Positions 38,399-48,163 of a DNA stretch of 55,120 nucleotides are shown piece by piece (positions within the stretch are counted from its first letter, which is position 1; each line of letters opens with the position of its first letter). The position numbers and the translations under genes are program-made. The notes below the pieces were generated by a model, which searched no databases, was not told the DNA's origin, and was given only the letters and a program-made list of their open reading frames with translations. Source of the DNA: a virus (Duplodnaviria; Caudoviricetes); the IMG/VR virus record IMGVR_UViG_3300037560_000072, positions 1 through 55,120 of that record, one strand, 5' to 3'.

Positions 38399-38781
38399 TA
38401 TGGTTTCTCTGTTGAGGTATTGTCCTTCTTATGCCACTTGGCTTTCTGTGCCATAGCTGACTGGGTGACCGTAGTGGTTGCCTCCTTACCTTTCTTCTTG
38501 GCACGCTTGGTCTTGTAATCTTTGTAGGACTTCTCCAGTTCATGGCCAGCGGCGGCACCAGCAAGACCAGCCTTGAGAAGACGGCCAGCCCTACCACGAC
38601 CGGACAGGGCAGCCGATGCACCAGCTAGGCCCTTCGTTAGGGTGGTTTCTCTACCGGGAGAGTCGTCTTTTGTCTGCTCGGACGGACGCGGACGCTTAGG
38701 TGACTGCTTGGGTGGTTGGATCGTGTCAGAGAGTTTCTTCTTTCGACGCCTGGTTGATTTGTAGATTGGGATGTTTGCCAT
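38398..38781 (-). CDS. Lys/Arg-rich protein
   Basis: 127 aa, translationally coupled. Confidence 0.55.
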   Translation of the reverse strand: MANIPIYKSTRRRKKKLSDTIQPPKQSPKRPRPSEQTKDDSPGRETTLTKGLAGASAALSGRGRAGRLLKAGLAGAAAGHELEKSYKDYKTKRAKKKGKEATTTVTQSAMAQKAKWHKKDNTSTEKP

Positions 38782-38960
38782 TAGATTTTCTTCTTACGAA
38801 GACGGTTCTTACAGGTCGTGTCACGCCACTGAGTACTCCACGAAATCCGGAAGGGGCTATAACCAAGACTGTCCCTACCACATTCAACGAAGGCATGGTC
38901 CATACTGGGTAGTTTGTGTGTCTTTAGTGCTTTGTTATTTGGAAACGTCACCTTTGCCAT
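38781..38960 (-). CDS. Small protein (59 aa, MAKVTFPNNK..., not in the ORF track)
   Basis: Fills the gap exactly; its stop overlaps the next ATG; preceded by the motif's GGGAGAG. Confidence 0.5.
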   Translation of the reverse strand: MAKVTFPNNKALKTHKLPSMDHAFVECGRDSLGYSPFRISWSTQWRDTTCKNRLRKKKI

Positions 38961-38974
38961 TTTGCTCTCCCGGT

Positions 38975-39184
38975 TTAGAAGGCCGAAGCGAAGTTCTGGT
39001 GTGCTTGAGCCATGGCGATCAGGGCACGCTGCCTGTTGTTCATGGCTTGTCCAATGGCTTCCTGCATTTTGCCAAGTCGGCGACGTTTAGGTCGGGCGGC
39101 GTCACGGGCCTTTGACTCCTCTCGGGAGGCTAGGGCTTCTGTTCCTACTGATGCAAGGGCACCTGCGATCATTCCAATGGCCAT
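38975..39184 (-). CDS. Small protein
   Basis: SD GAGGA; tightly packed. Confidence 0.5.
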   Translation of the reverse strand: MAIGMIAGALASVGTEALASREESKARDAARPKRRRLGKMQEAIGQAMNNRQRALIAMAQAHQNFASAF

Positions 39185-39187
39185 GGT

Positions 39188-39667
39188 TTATTCCTCTACT
39201 ATGCCACGTCTTCGTGTTCTCATATTAGCCGCTGGCTCGGCGAAGTTACCGCCAATCTGGCGTCCCTGCATGTTGGCGGGTTGCTGAAATCTGCTCATAC
39301 CTCCCGCACCACCTCCACCTCGTTGGGCCTGGAGTCTCTGCATAATGCTCTGGACTCCACCTTGCTGTCCTTGCCTTCCTTGCTGTAGCTGTTGTCGTTG
39401 GGACATCATTCGAGCGGAGAGACCTTTTTGGGCTATGGCGTTCTGTTGGCCTGCAAGTTTCTTCTTCTTAGTTAGACCTTGGGACATTCGTTCTGAGAGC
39501 ATACCAAGGGCTCCGGTTTGGCCAGTACGTTTTGCTGTTTGTCCAGTACGGGTTTGAATTGCTTGGCGAAGACGACTACCCATTCCCATTTGGGCTGTCT
39601 TGGCAGCTTGGTTTTGAGGGATACGCCGTCCTTGTTGGTTCATAGCGTATTGAGGTTTCTGTGCCAT
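39188..39667 (-). CDS. Gln/Arg/Gly-rich low-complexity protein
   Basis: 159-aa ORF in a coupled operon. Confidence 0.55.
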   Translation of the reverse strand: MAQKPQYAMNQQGRRIPQNQAAKTAQMGMGSRLRQAIQTRTGQTAKRTGQTGALGMLSERMSQGLTKKKKLAGQQNAIAQKGLSARMMSQRQQLQQGRQGQQGGVQSIMQRLQAQRGGGGAGGMSRFQQPANMQGRQIGGNFAEPAANMRTRRRGIVEE

Positions 39668-39669
39668 GG

Positions 39670-39924
39670 TTATACCTTATGCCTTTCCTCTTCGAGGCTC
39701 TTCTCCAGAGGAGGTACCTCATGGGGTTTGGGATTGAGAGTCATGTTTCGATACTGGTGGATAGCTTCCAGGGTAGTATGGCCTATGAGCATCCGCATTT
39801 CTTTCTTGGTGGCGGGGTGCCAGGCTTTGGATGCACTGCAACCGGTTAGCCAGATGAGGCCATAGCAGACTGCTACGGCGATGAGGCCCAGGAACATGAC
39901 TCGTGTGGTTGATCTGTCGTTCAT
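39670..39924 (-). CDS. Putative lipoprotein
   Basis: Basic N-terminus, hydrophobic stretch, LTGC lipobox. Confidence 0.55.
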   Translation of the reverse strand: MNDRSTTRVMFLGLIAVAVCYGLIWLTGCSASKAWHPATKKEMRMLIGHTTLEAIHQYRNMTLNPKPHEVPPLEKSLEEERHKV

Positions 39925-40192
39925 GGTTTATTCTGTGGGGAAGCAGAAATTAGGGTTGCCAGGTACTTCTTCATTAGCAGGTCGCTATTGTGGTTGTACA
40001 GGGATGCTGGGGAAAGACCGGTAGGTCCGTGTTGGGAGACTGCCAAGGGTACCTCCAAGGGTATGGAAATGCCTCCTGGTATGGACGTTTGGATTGGCCA
40101 CAGTGTGGACAGTAGCCACAGTGGGGACATCGGGGGTCTTTGGTCGGGACTAGTCTTTGGTCGGCTTCTGGCATATTGGTTCTCCTATCCAC

Positions 40193-40221
40193 AGTATAGG
40201 CATGGGGAGGGGGAAAGTCAA
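40193..40221 (-). promoter_or_regulatory. sigma70-type promoter
   Basis: TTGACT-N17-TATACT. Confidence 0.7.
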
Positions 40222-40228
40222 GGGAAAT

Positions 40229-40444
40229 CTAGGAAAGTTCTCGGTTGAGGTTTCCTACCATTTTCTCGATTGCACCTTTGAGTGTGTCTTGCAACCAGTC
40301 AGTTTTTACCTTTACTAGGATGGTGTGGGGGATTATGAGACTGATGGAAACTTGAGCGGAATCGGTCATTCGCTCTTCGTCGTCAAAGACTGGACCGAAG
40401 GCGGGTAGGGTATCTTTTCTACTGTCAAATTGGTAGGTAATCAT
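40229..40444 (-). CDS. Hypothetical protein
   Basis: SD GAGGAG; 71 aa. Confidence 0.5.
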   Translation of the reverse strand: MITYQFDSRKDTLPAFGPVFDDEERMTDSAQVSISLIIPHTILVKVKTDWLQDTLKGAIEKMVGNLNRELS

Positions 40445-40466
40445 TTGGGGTTCTCCTCGGCGATGT

Positions 40467-40548
40467 AAGCAGGGAGGGGACTCGAACCGCTATTTCCAGT
40501 ATCCGTCGGTGGCTAGCTTCTGGGGTACTACCTTTGTACGACCCTGCC
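40467..40548 (-). ncRNA. tRNA-like RNA with an enlarged, non-canonical anticodon loop
   Basis: Acceptor GGCAGGG/CCCTGCT; D-arm GTAC-AAAGGTA-GTAC; T-loop TTCGAGT with one stem mismatch; ~18-nt anticodon loop. Confidence 0.6.
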
Positions 40549-40553
40549 GTGGT

Positions 40554-40582
40554 ATTATAGTCGGTGTTCGGGTACGAGTCAA
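40554..40582 (-). promoter_or_regulatory. sigma70-type promoter driving the tRNA-like RNA
   Basis: TTGACT-N17-TATAAT; the expected +1 is at about the 5' G of the tRNA-like element. Confidence 0.8.
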
Positions 40583-40603
40583 GGGAAAAAGGGAATTTTT
40601 TGG

Positions 40604-40867
40604 TTATCTGGGTGGTGCTCCATGGTCTTCCATGCAATGAACAGATATACCAGCTATTTTTCTAATGACAGCAAGGAAAGCGTCTTTCCCCTCCTGAGTG
40701 GCTCCTGAATTGTCGGCCCAAGCGATTGTGGCGTGCATCATATAGCGGGCTAGCATAGTTGCATAGTCCCCCGGTGTATGTTGTACTCCTGACTTTCGGT
40801 CTTTTCCTAGAGCATCCTGGTAGTTACGCTCTCCGTCGATCAGTTTGTAAACTTCTGTGCGGGTCAT
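40604..40867 (-). CDS. Hypothetical protein (possible MazG-like helical fold)
   Basis: IDGER.YQD...RKIAG..V.CME.HG.P.R pattern. Confidence 0.5.
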   Translation of the reverse strand: MTRTEVYKLIDGERNYQDALGKDRKSGVQHTPGDYATMLARYMMHATIAWADNSGATQEGKDAFLAVIRKIAGISVHCMEDHGAPPR

Positions 40868-40899
40868 CTAGAACTTCCTTTTCGTCGATCGGGGGATTA

Positions 40900-40973
40900 T
40901 AAGGAGGGGAGGAATCGAACCTCCCAACCGCATCCACGGCTAGACTGCTGCTCTACCTTTGAGACATACTCCC
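40900..40973 (-). ncRNA. Degenerate tRNA-like element
   Basis: D-arm CTC-AAAGGTA-GAG; T-arm GGAGG-TTCGATT-CCTCC; imperfect acceptor and anticodon arms. Confidence 0.5.
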
Positions 40974-41000
40974 GTTCACAAGCTCCCAGTTTTTCATGGG

Positions 41001-41029
41001 ATTATAGGCGGGTTTTAGTGGGAAGTCAA
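41001..41029 (-). promoter_or_regulatory. sigma70-type promoter
   Basis: TTGACT-N17-TATAAT. Confidence 0.8.
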
Positions 41030-41872
41030 GTTTCAACGAGCGTTGAAAGTAGGGATTTTGGTGAAATTTTGGTGAAAACTGGTGGTTCTATTCCGCTACA
41101 TTATCAGACTCTCTGGGGGCCGATGGGGGGTCCGATATTACTTGGGCCTAAGAATGTGTTATCCGGACGTACCGATCAGCTCTCCCGGTTATAGGACGCC
41201 CCAGTGAGAGCTAAGTGCGTGGTTATCGGACGATTGAAGTGGTACTGACTGCCATTATGGCAGGTTCGAGGGCTTTGGACTGCCATTTTGGCAGTGAAGT
41301 GTGACTTGACATGATCAAGGGGCCGATAATATTGCCCATCAATAAAAACATAACGCCCCAATGTGGGACGCCTAACCCTAGACTTAACCTAGCCTAACTC
41401 TAAAGTTAGCCCAACCTAACTACGACGTCCAGCTAACCCGCACTATAGAGTGGACGTAACCACGTGGAACATAGATTGTGTCCATATTCGAGTTACCAGT
41501 CTCAACCACGTATCCCTCGGGTTTCTCCCGTGCAACACGATACCACTCCTGTCGTACCAGACCACTATAGTTGAACAACATTTGCACTTCCATTTCAATC
41601 CCCCCATCTCACCTGACGCCGTGATGATCCTTACATGCCTTGACAAAGCAGCTATTACACAGCTTGATGCGGTCCCCACATCGACAGTCTGTCGGCTTAG
41701 TATCACGCACCCACGACCAGTAGCCCAACCTAGTACCCCCACTACCTACTGCCGCTTGCCACACATGCAAGGGACGAGACGGATGACTGTCCCAATAATC
41801 AAACCCGTCTAATGGCTTTTCCAATTTAACACTCATACTTCAATCCTCCCTTCTCACTTGTACCCACTATAT

Positions 41873-42217
41873 CTAGTAGCACGAGCAAGGATAAGTGTCA
41901 CAGCCCTTACAGATCGCACACCCACACTTCCCACGACACCCCTCACACCCATCTTCGGCGATGGTCTCACGATTGGCGTCACAATTGGGCCAGTATTCAC
42001 ACGACGGACAACCACACTTACCATCATCGTCCCCACAGCTACTACACTCATCACAAGCGACTAACTCATGATGCACCGTCCGCTGTGGGATAGTAACTTC
42101 CCGTTTCTCATAATCCCCATTAGACGCCATACACATAGCTTCATCTTCAGTGTCCGCTGTAATCGCATACCGCACATGAACCACCGATGTTTCGACAACT
42201 TCTGCTGTCCACTTCAT
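41873..42217 (-). CDS. Cys-rich hypothetical protein
   Basis: Many CxxC/CxC motifs; SD GGAGG. Confidence 0.5.
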   Translation of the reverse strand: MKWTAEVVETSVVHVRYAITADTEDEAMCMASNGDYEKREVTIPQRTVHHELVACDECSSCGDDDGKCGCPSCEYWPNCDANRETIAEDGCEGCRGKCGCAICKGCDTYPCSCY

Positions 42218-42876
42218 TTCAACCTCCTTAGCTTCGGGTGCCGAATCTTGTGATGTGTCCCTTCACCATGATTTGGACCACGGATCTTGAATCCACACCT
42301 TATACACCGCTCGCGTGTACCCATAGACCTCACCACCCCTTGCATCAGGTGGAATCCACGCTCCGATAGTCCGTTTACAAGTTTCGTCATCAGTACCCCC
42401 ACACTTCGTCTATGTCTGTCGAATCGCCCGGTCCACACTCTCCCCGTTCAACCTCCCCAAGTTCGTCCCTAAGCTCTCCAAACAGGGCCGATATTTCACG
42501 GTCCGCCTCATCCGACCCTAAGTCTACTCGAACGTTCTCCAGTATCCTGTCTAGCCCAACCAAGTCCGATACTTTCACCGTTTATCCCCTGCCCGTTCTG
42601 TGTCATAACTACCACACTTCGGGCATAGTTTGAGGCCATTTACAGCGGCAGTCCACACATCATACTCGCCCCACGATCCACATGCTCGGCACATAATGTC
42701 CAGGTCAATTCCTAGCCCAGACATAATAGCACTGTCAACAGACCTACCACTAACGTACCACGGTAGCGTTACGTTCACGGTCTTGCCCCCTACATCAGGG
42801 CCACGTATACTACGACCGTCAGCACAAGCAACCTCAAGCCATCGTATACGTGGTCCCTGATTCGCACGGTCAATCC

Positions 42877-43191
42877 CTACTCCCTGGTCACGTTGACACT
42901 AACCTTACAGTCCCCGACAGAAGCAAACCCCCCACTAGTCGCGATAAGGTCAACCACGCGGACCTTACCTGGATCTGCCTTACTAGGATTCGGGCTCCCC
43001 GCTACACATGGATTGCCGCTTGCGTTGTGAGCAATCCCTTTGGTGTCAATCCGAAGAATGATCTCACTACCTTCAAGAGCAAGCTGAAGATTCTTCTTAC
43101 CATACTTCTGTCCACGTCCACCGTCTTCGTTCGTCATTGTCCGTTCCCCTATAAAAGCCAAAAAGCCGTACGGTCTCATTTGCCGCGTCAC
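42877..43191 (-). CDS. Hypothetical protein (first gene after the promoter at 43198-43226)
   Basis: IATSGGF...KVSVNV C-terminus; true start probably internal (MTNEDG). Confidence 0.5.
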   Translation of the reverse strand: MTRQMRPYGFLAFIGERTMTNEDGGRGQKYGKKNLQLALEGSEIILRIDTKGIAHNASGNPCVAGSPNPSKADPGKVRVVDLIATSGGFASVGDCKVSVNVTRE

Positions 43192-43197
43192 ACCCTA

Positions 43198-43226
43198 AGC
43201 ATACCACACGTTTGGCCCTATGTCAA
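43198..43226 (-). promoter_or_regulatory. sigma70-type promoter
   Basis: TTGACA-N17-TATGCT with an upstream A-tract. Confidence 0.65.
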
Positions 43227-44299
43227 CTGCCCACCTAACTTTTTTTCACGCCCGATAATCCACAGGCCAATAACAAGACTAGGCTAGGAGAGTCTAATAA
43301 CCCACCCAGCCTAGTCTACACCCGATAACCTAGCCAGCCACGCCACTCAAGGCTATGAACAGGAAATTAGTGTCGCCCGTGTCGTGTACCAGCTTTCATT
43401 AGCTCATGTACATGCTGAGCTAACCTCAGTGCCGTCTCAGCAGCCTCTACACTCCTAAGAGACATGACTGCCTGAAACACAATGTGAAGACCAAACAGAC
43501 CAATAGCAATGCTACCTAGTACCAGCATTCTTATCTCCTTTACCTTGCTCCTCCAGTTCTCCCATCCTCCAATCCTCACGTCTCATTGCTACCATGATAG
43601 CTTCCCTCACAGTGCTGGAAGCATCCTCCCTGGTAGTCTCATGTAGCCTAAGCCCTCGACCTGTAGTTGAGTTCCTACAGATCCAACCCCTACCGGGCCA
43701 CGTATGTCTCTGGTTAGCATCCAACCAATCCAATAGTTCTGTATCCGTTAGCATTAGTCTTTCCACCACTCCCCAATTCCATCAATACCATCCACAACAG
43801 CCCTACTGATCTCTTGGGCTACCTTCACCTTAGCTTCAGCATTTATGGCTTCAGCCTTGCAGATAAAGTATCCCAGCGGAAGAACCATTGCAAGTATACA
43901 AGCAACAGCGACACTACCAATCCACATAAACTCTTGTTTCTCATTCATTTCTAATCCCCTTTCTTCTTGTAAGGATACCCATGTGGCAACTCCCCCTTAG
44001 TCCTCGCCAGACTGTCCTTCCAGCTATCATCCGGGAGAGTTGTCTTGTTCCTCCAATCTAGCATAATTAAAGCTACGAGCAGCAGTGCTAACACTAGAAC
44101 CAAGTACAGCCAAATCATTACTTGACCTCCTGATAGTCCTCTACAGTGAGGACCACGCTGTCTACATTGTCACACAAGCCATAGCCCATTTCCTCTTCTT
44201 CCTCGATTGCTGCGTCCTGTGCTTCCTGTTCACTCTTAAAGAAGAATGGTGTAGCACCACCGTCACCATTGTCTTGCACATGATACCATACCCTGATCT

Positions 44300-44725
44300 T
44301 CATTCCTCATCCTCCCTATCTTTGCTTTTCTCAATTGACTCAAACAAACCACGCATCCAAGGTGGACACTCTTTAGATGGATACACATTCAACAGTCCAT
44401 CCTTCCCTAGCACATCCCTACCACCAGATAGAAGAGCAAAGGTTTTGCATAGTATACTGATAACTGGGCACAAGGCATGTATGTCGTTATCCATCTGTCT
44501 AGCCAATCCAGCCGCCACCCTATCTACGAAATCATCAGTAACTCCTCCTTTGATAGCCATAGTAGTAGAGTAAATACTGCCCTTGAGCTGCAAGGTAGTA
44601 GCAATCTCGCTGAGGCCAAGCTCTACCTCTCCACCATCACTCACAGCCAAATCAGCAGTCATAACCCCAGCATCGTCCTCTGGACACCTCTGATAGTTAA
44701 GCTCCACACTTATTCCTCCCCACAT
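44300..44725 (-). CDS. Hypothetical protein, distal part of the Ubl operon
   Basis: 141-aa ORF. Confidence 0.5.
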   Translation of the reverse strand: MWGGISVELNYQRCPEDDAGVMTADLAVSDGGEVELGLSEIATTLQLKGSIYSTTMAIKGGVTDDFVDRVAAGLARQMDNDIHALCPVISILCKTFALLSGGRDVLGKDGLLNVYPSKECPPWMRGLFESIEKSKDREDEE

Positions 44726-44780
44726 TCAAGGGTACTTCTTCCAGCAGCGTTCCAAAGTGAGACAACAATTACAGTCTCCG

Positions 44781-46214
44781 TCATGTGAATATCCTCCCCG
44801 GCACCGCACACTCTCCCGGTTTAGAGGGAACAGGACCATTTGGAACATCTTTAGTGGCCTCCTCTGTATAGGTCACCTCTTCCCCACTATCGACTGCTTC
44901 CTCTTTGGCAGAAAGTAGTTGTCCACTTGAATCACAATCATTGATCTCTAGGTTATGTGAGCCGTCGTCTCGCTCCTCAAAAGAAGTTATTACAGAAAAG
45001 TGCAGGATAGGACTTGAGATACTGCCCAAAAACCGTACAGCAGGAACCTTTCTACTTTCCTGCAAAGATAAATCCTGCCTCTCGTGTAGCCCCAAAGGCA
45101 ACTCTGACTCTCCCAAAGTTTCTGCACATTCTATGGCTTTATTCAGCCACTCGTCTGGGGGATTAAGATCAGAAGGCCAGTATGACACCACACCTGGAAG
45201 GTCAAGGTTAAACCTATTAATCACTCCCGCTGTAATCTTGTCGCCTACAGTATCATACATAATATTACGTGGTAGACCAGTGCATGGCTCACTGGGAGGT
45301 CCGTTGAACATCCAATTTCTTTGTATGAAATACTGAGGAACTAGTGGTGGTATTCCTCGCTCCAAATTCTTACTTACTACTTCCAGTAATGCTTGGGGCA
45401 TAACAATATTGTAATACATCGGGCGAACTACTTCCAAATCCCACTTCCTATGCCCATCATTTCCGGATATATGACGTAGTCTACTCCAGTCAAAACGCTT
45501 GGTCGATGGAGATGTGAATCCAGGATAAGCCCTACCTGCCACCAGAAAAAGCATGGTCCTATAGTTCTCATCTCTTTCCAAAGTTACATCTTGCGTATAT
45601 GGACTGTCTCTATACAGTCCACGCATCATATCCTCAATAAAAGACGATAAGCTAGTTTTGCCAAGTAACCGCCTGAATTCGACTCCACTGGGAGTAGTAT
45701 CTTTAGGATGAAGTAGGGACGTAGCTCCCACAATCATTCTATCCACTCTAAATAGGCTATCTTTATGGTTACCTATAACCATACTGTTGGCTACCCGAGG
45801 TATCACTCCTCCCGGAAACTCCTTCTCTATAAGCTCACTTTGGCAGTTAATCCTAATTGGACAGTATCCGTACTGTACCTCATCTTCTGGGAATGATGGA
45901 GATAGTCTCAAGTGTGTACTTTTCCTACTACCTACGTTGATTATCCAACACCCTAATTCGTCACGCCAGCAGCTCCTCAAGTCGGGAACCCCGATCCACA
46001 TAGCCCCAAGAAGTGAATCCTTAGTTTCGGACCACGGACTACAACTTACCTTGTTTGATGTTATATCAGGGGGTCTTAGTTCATTCATAACCTTAGTAAC
46101 AACTCTACTTACTTGGTTCCCCAAACTTGGGTTTAACGCCGTAGTACTATTCCAATCCAAAGGACGGATGATTCTACTACTACTCATTACTTGCTTCCTC
46201 CAATCCTGATACAA
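44781..46214 (-). CDS. Unknown 477-aa protein coupled to the JAB gene (candidate E2, ligase or substrate)
   Basis: Overlaps the JAB stop; no confidently recognised domain. Confidence 0.6.
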   Translation of the reverse strand: MYQDWRKQVMSSSRIIRPLDWNSTTALNPSLGNQVSRVVTKVMNELRPPDITSNKVSCSPWSETKDSLLGAMWIGVPDLRSCWRDELGCWIINVGSRKSTHLRLSPSFPEDEVQYGYCPIRINCQSELIEKEFPGGVIPRVANSMVIGNHKDSLFRVDRMIVGATSLLHPKDTTPSGVEFRRLLGKTSLSSFIEDMMRGLYRDSPYTQDVTLERDENYRTMLFLVAGRAYPGFTSPSTKRFDWSRLRHISGNDGHRKWDLEVVRPMYYNIVMPQALLEVVSKNLERGIPPLVPQYFIQRNWMFNGPPSEPCTGLPRNIMYDTVGDKITAGVINRFNLDLPGVVSYWPSDLNPPDEWLNKAIECAETLGESELPLGLHERQDLSLQESRKVPAVRFLGSISSPILHFSVITSFEERDDGSHNLEINDCDSSGQLLSAKEEAVDSGEEVTYTEEATKDVPNGPVPSKPGECAVPGRIFT

Positions 46215-47251
46215 AGATTCTTAGCCTGGGGAGTTGGACATATATCTTTACACCACGACTCCAGACCAGCATACTGGGAACTCGTCATAATATACCAGTG
46301 GTTCCGATAATATACAAGACGAAGATTCTTCAGATGTTCAGGACAAATCTTGAGTGCTCCCAGTATATCCAAGGAATCCTCGACATAATCCGAATCGACA
46401 GTGTCTGCAATGTCTACAATAGTTTGGGCAACTGTAGTCTTAGTAGTGAGTCGGGTACGTTTGGATTTAGTCTTGAGTTTCTTGGTTGGCTCAGGAATCT
46501 TCAATAGTTCTTCAAGACTTCTGTTACCACTCCTAGAGAATACAACTGCTACCCTCTCAATATCGCCAATGCTTCCGTCCAGCAATTGAAACACTTTACC
46601 TGCAATGGCCCCATTGATTGTGTACGATCCATCCCGACCAAAGACTAAGTGAAGTCCAGACTTCTCTGGTTCAGCCCAATCATCAATATCGGTTTGGCTA
46701 GGACTGCATGGCTCTCCCGGATGAATATGTATTGTTCCAATCCATCGTGCCTTCTCTTGGAACTTTCCCATCTCCTCCGTAGTGTCTTTCCAAGTAACCC
46801 CACCAGGTGTACCTGTCTGTGGTGGTACGTGATATGTCCAGCCAGTTAGGTCCCTATTACGTCCAACCAACATAAGGACCTCTCTATTGTACTTGGAAAA
46901 GAACACGTCAAACAACCAAGCTAACTCGGACATGGGAGGAAAGTTAGGCCAGTCAATCTTGTCAACATAGACATTTGACTCATCTTCGTCCAGCTTAGCT
47001 GGAGCTAGACATTCAATAAGTCCAAACCTGTGCTCGTAGACCCTCCTATCATCTCCCATTACAAGCCTAGTAGTCGAAAGGTTCACCGTGTTCAAGTCAT
47101 CTAATCCAAGTAGGTCCTGACTCTTACCAGGCATAGTTGACTTAATAGCTGTAGTGGACACATGAGAAGACCGAGGCCATTCTGGATTCCACCCGGGATC
47201 TTCGTATCCATTCTCATCATCGTCGTTGAATAACCAGTCTAAGTCTATCAA
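46187..47251 (-). CDS. JAB/MPN+ metalloprotease (deubiquitinase-like)
   Basis: NREV (Glu), P.Q, IGTIHIHP...SQTDIDD = E...HxH-x6-SxxD. Confidence 0.85.
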   Translation of the reverse strand: MIDLDWLFNDDDENGYEDPGWNPEWPRSSHVSTTAIKSTMPGKSQDLLGLDDLNTVNLSTTRLVMGDDRRVYEHRFGLIECLAPAKLDEDESNVYVDKIDWPNFPPMSELAWLFDVFFSKYNREVLMLVGRNRDLTGWTYHVPPQTGTPGGVTWKDTTEEMGKFQEKARWIGTIHIHPGEPCSPSQTDIDDWAEPEKSGLHLVFGRDGSYTINGAIAGKVFQLLDGSIGDIERVAVVFSRSGNRSLEELLKIPEPTKKLKTKSKRTRLTTKTTVAQTIVDIADTVDSDYVEDSLDILGALKICPEHLKNLRLVYYRNHWYIMTSSQYAGLESWCKDICPTPQAKNLCIRIGGSK

Positions 47252-47964
47252 GAGACCACCACCTTCCTACACTTGGCTAGTGTGTTCCACATCCGGACTG
47301 AACCAATACCGTGTTCAGAAGGAACAGACCAGTAGAACTCCAGAACCTCATCTATTCTATCACACCGAGTTTCTTGTAACCGGAAAGCAATGTCCTCAAT
47401 ACACATACCCACTAAAACGCCAGTCAAAGCATTGGCTCTCACATCCTGGAGGTTGCACCTATTAGCCTGTAGACCGACCTGTCCTACGTCTGAATGGTGT
47501 TCTCTCCAGTCAAATATAGCCTCCCCCCCCATCCAAATGCCAGGATAGCACTGGCCATGCAGTCTTTCACAACCCGAGACAATCATAATACCGGGACTCG
47601 ACCTAGAAGCCAACCACTCAGCCGCATCCAATCTAGTCCAATCATTGTCCACATTCACAACAGCAATTACCGGTCGGCCCTCTGTTTCTCTACCTAGTAT
47701 CTCGTCCATAGGAGAGAAGGAGTCAACCACCTGCCAGGACTCTGCCTCGTTCAGGATTTGTGACGCCACACTCACCTTAGTACTCCCGGGTTGAAATCCA
47801 GGCCACTGACGTCCATAGTTCTCTGATTCAACTGTGTCTGGATCTATCAGTATGGCCTTAGTCTTACCATATCTCTCTCTCAGTACAGCCAGATAAGGAC
47901 TAGCTGCATAGAATGTTCCACCACACCCTATAAACACCCAAGTATATTCATCAAGAGTCCACAT
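47248..47964 (-). CDS. ThiF/MoeB/E1-like ubiquitin-activating enzyme
   Basis: FIGCGGT, IDPDTVESENYGRQ, K, VNVDN..TR; candidate catalytic Cys in NRCNLQDVRAN. Confidence 0.88.
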   Translation of the reverse strand: MWTLDEYTWVFIGCGGTFYAASPYLAVLRERYGKTKAILIDPDTVESENYGRQWPGFQPGSTKVSVASQILNEAESWQVVDSFSPMDEILGRETEGRPVIAVVNVDNDWTRLDAAEWLASRSSPGIMIVSGCERLHGQCYPGIWMGGEAIFDWREHHSDVGQVGLQANRCNLQDVRANALTGVLVGMCIEDIAFRLQETRCDRIDEVLEFYWSVPSEHGIGSVRMWNTLAKCRKVVVS

Positions 47965-48149
47965 TAGAACGGGTCCTCCTCAAGATCAGAAATACGCTCA
48001 CCAGGACTACACTCTATATCTTTTACCACCACTTCCCATACCTCACCTGGAATTTCATCCTGGCCCTGAAATTTCTCGGCCTCAAGAACGCTGACACGCC
48101 TCTCTAATTCTTTGACCCTCTCTAGGAGAGCTACAAACTTTCTTGACAT
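47964..48149 (-). CDS. Small coiled-coil/acidic protein (61 aa; start refined to MSRKF)
   Basis: SD AAGG; stop overlaps the E1 start. Confidence 0.5.
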   Translation of the reverse strand: MSRKFVALLERVKELERRVSVLEAEKFQGQDEIPGEVWEVVVKDIECSPGERISDLEEDPF

Positions 48150-48163
48150 TACTCTACCTTTCA

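Noticed and set aside
40467-40973. Amber-suppressor tRNAs or stop-codon recoding (CTA in the loops)
   Set aside because: CTA is not in a canonical 7-nt loop after U33, and genes ending in TAG pack normally under the standard code.
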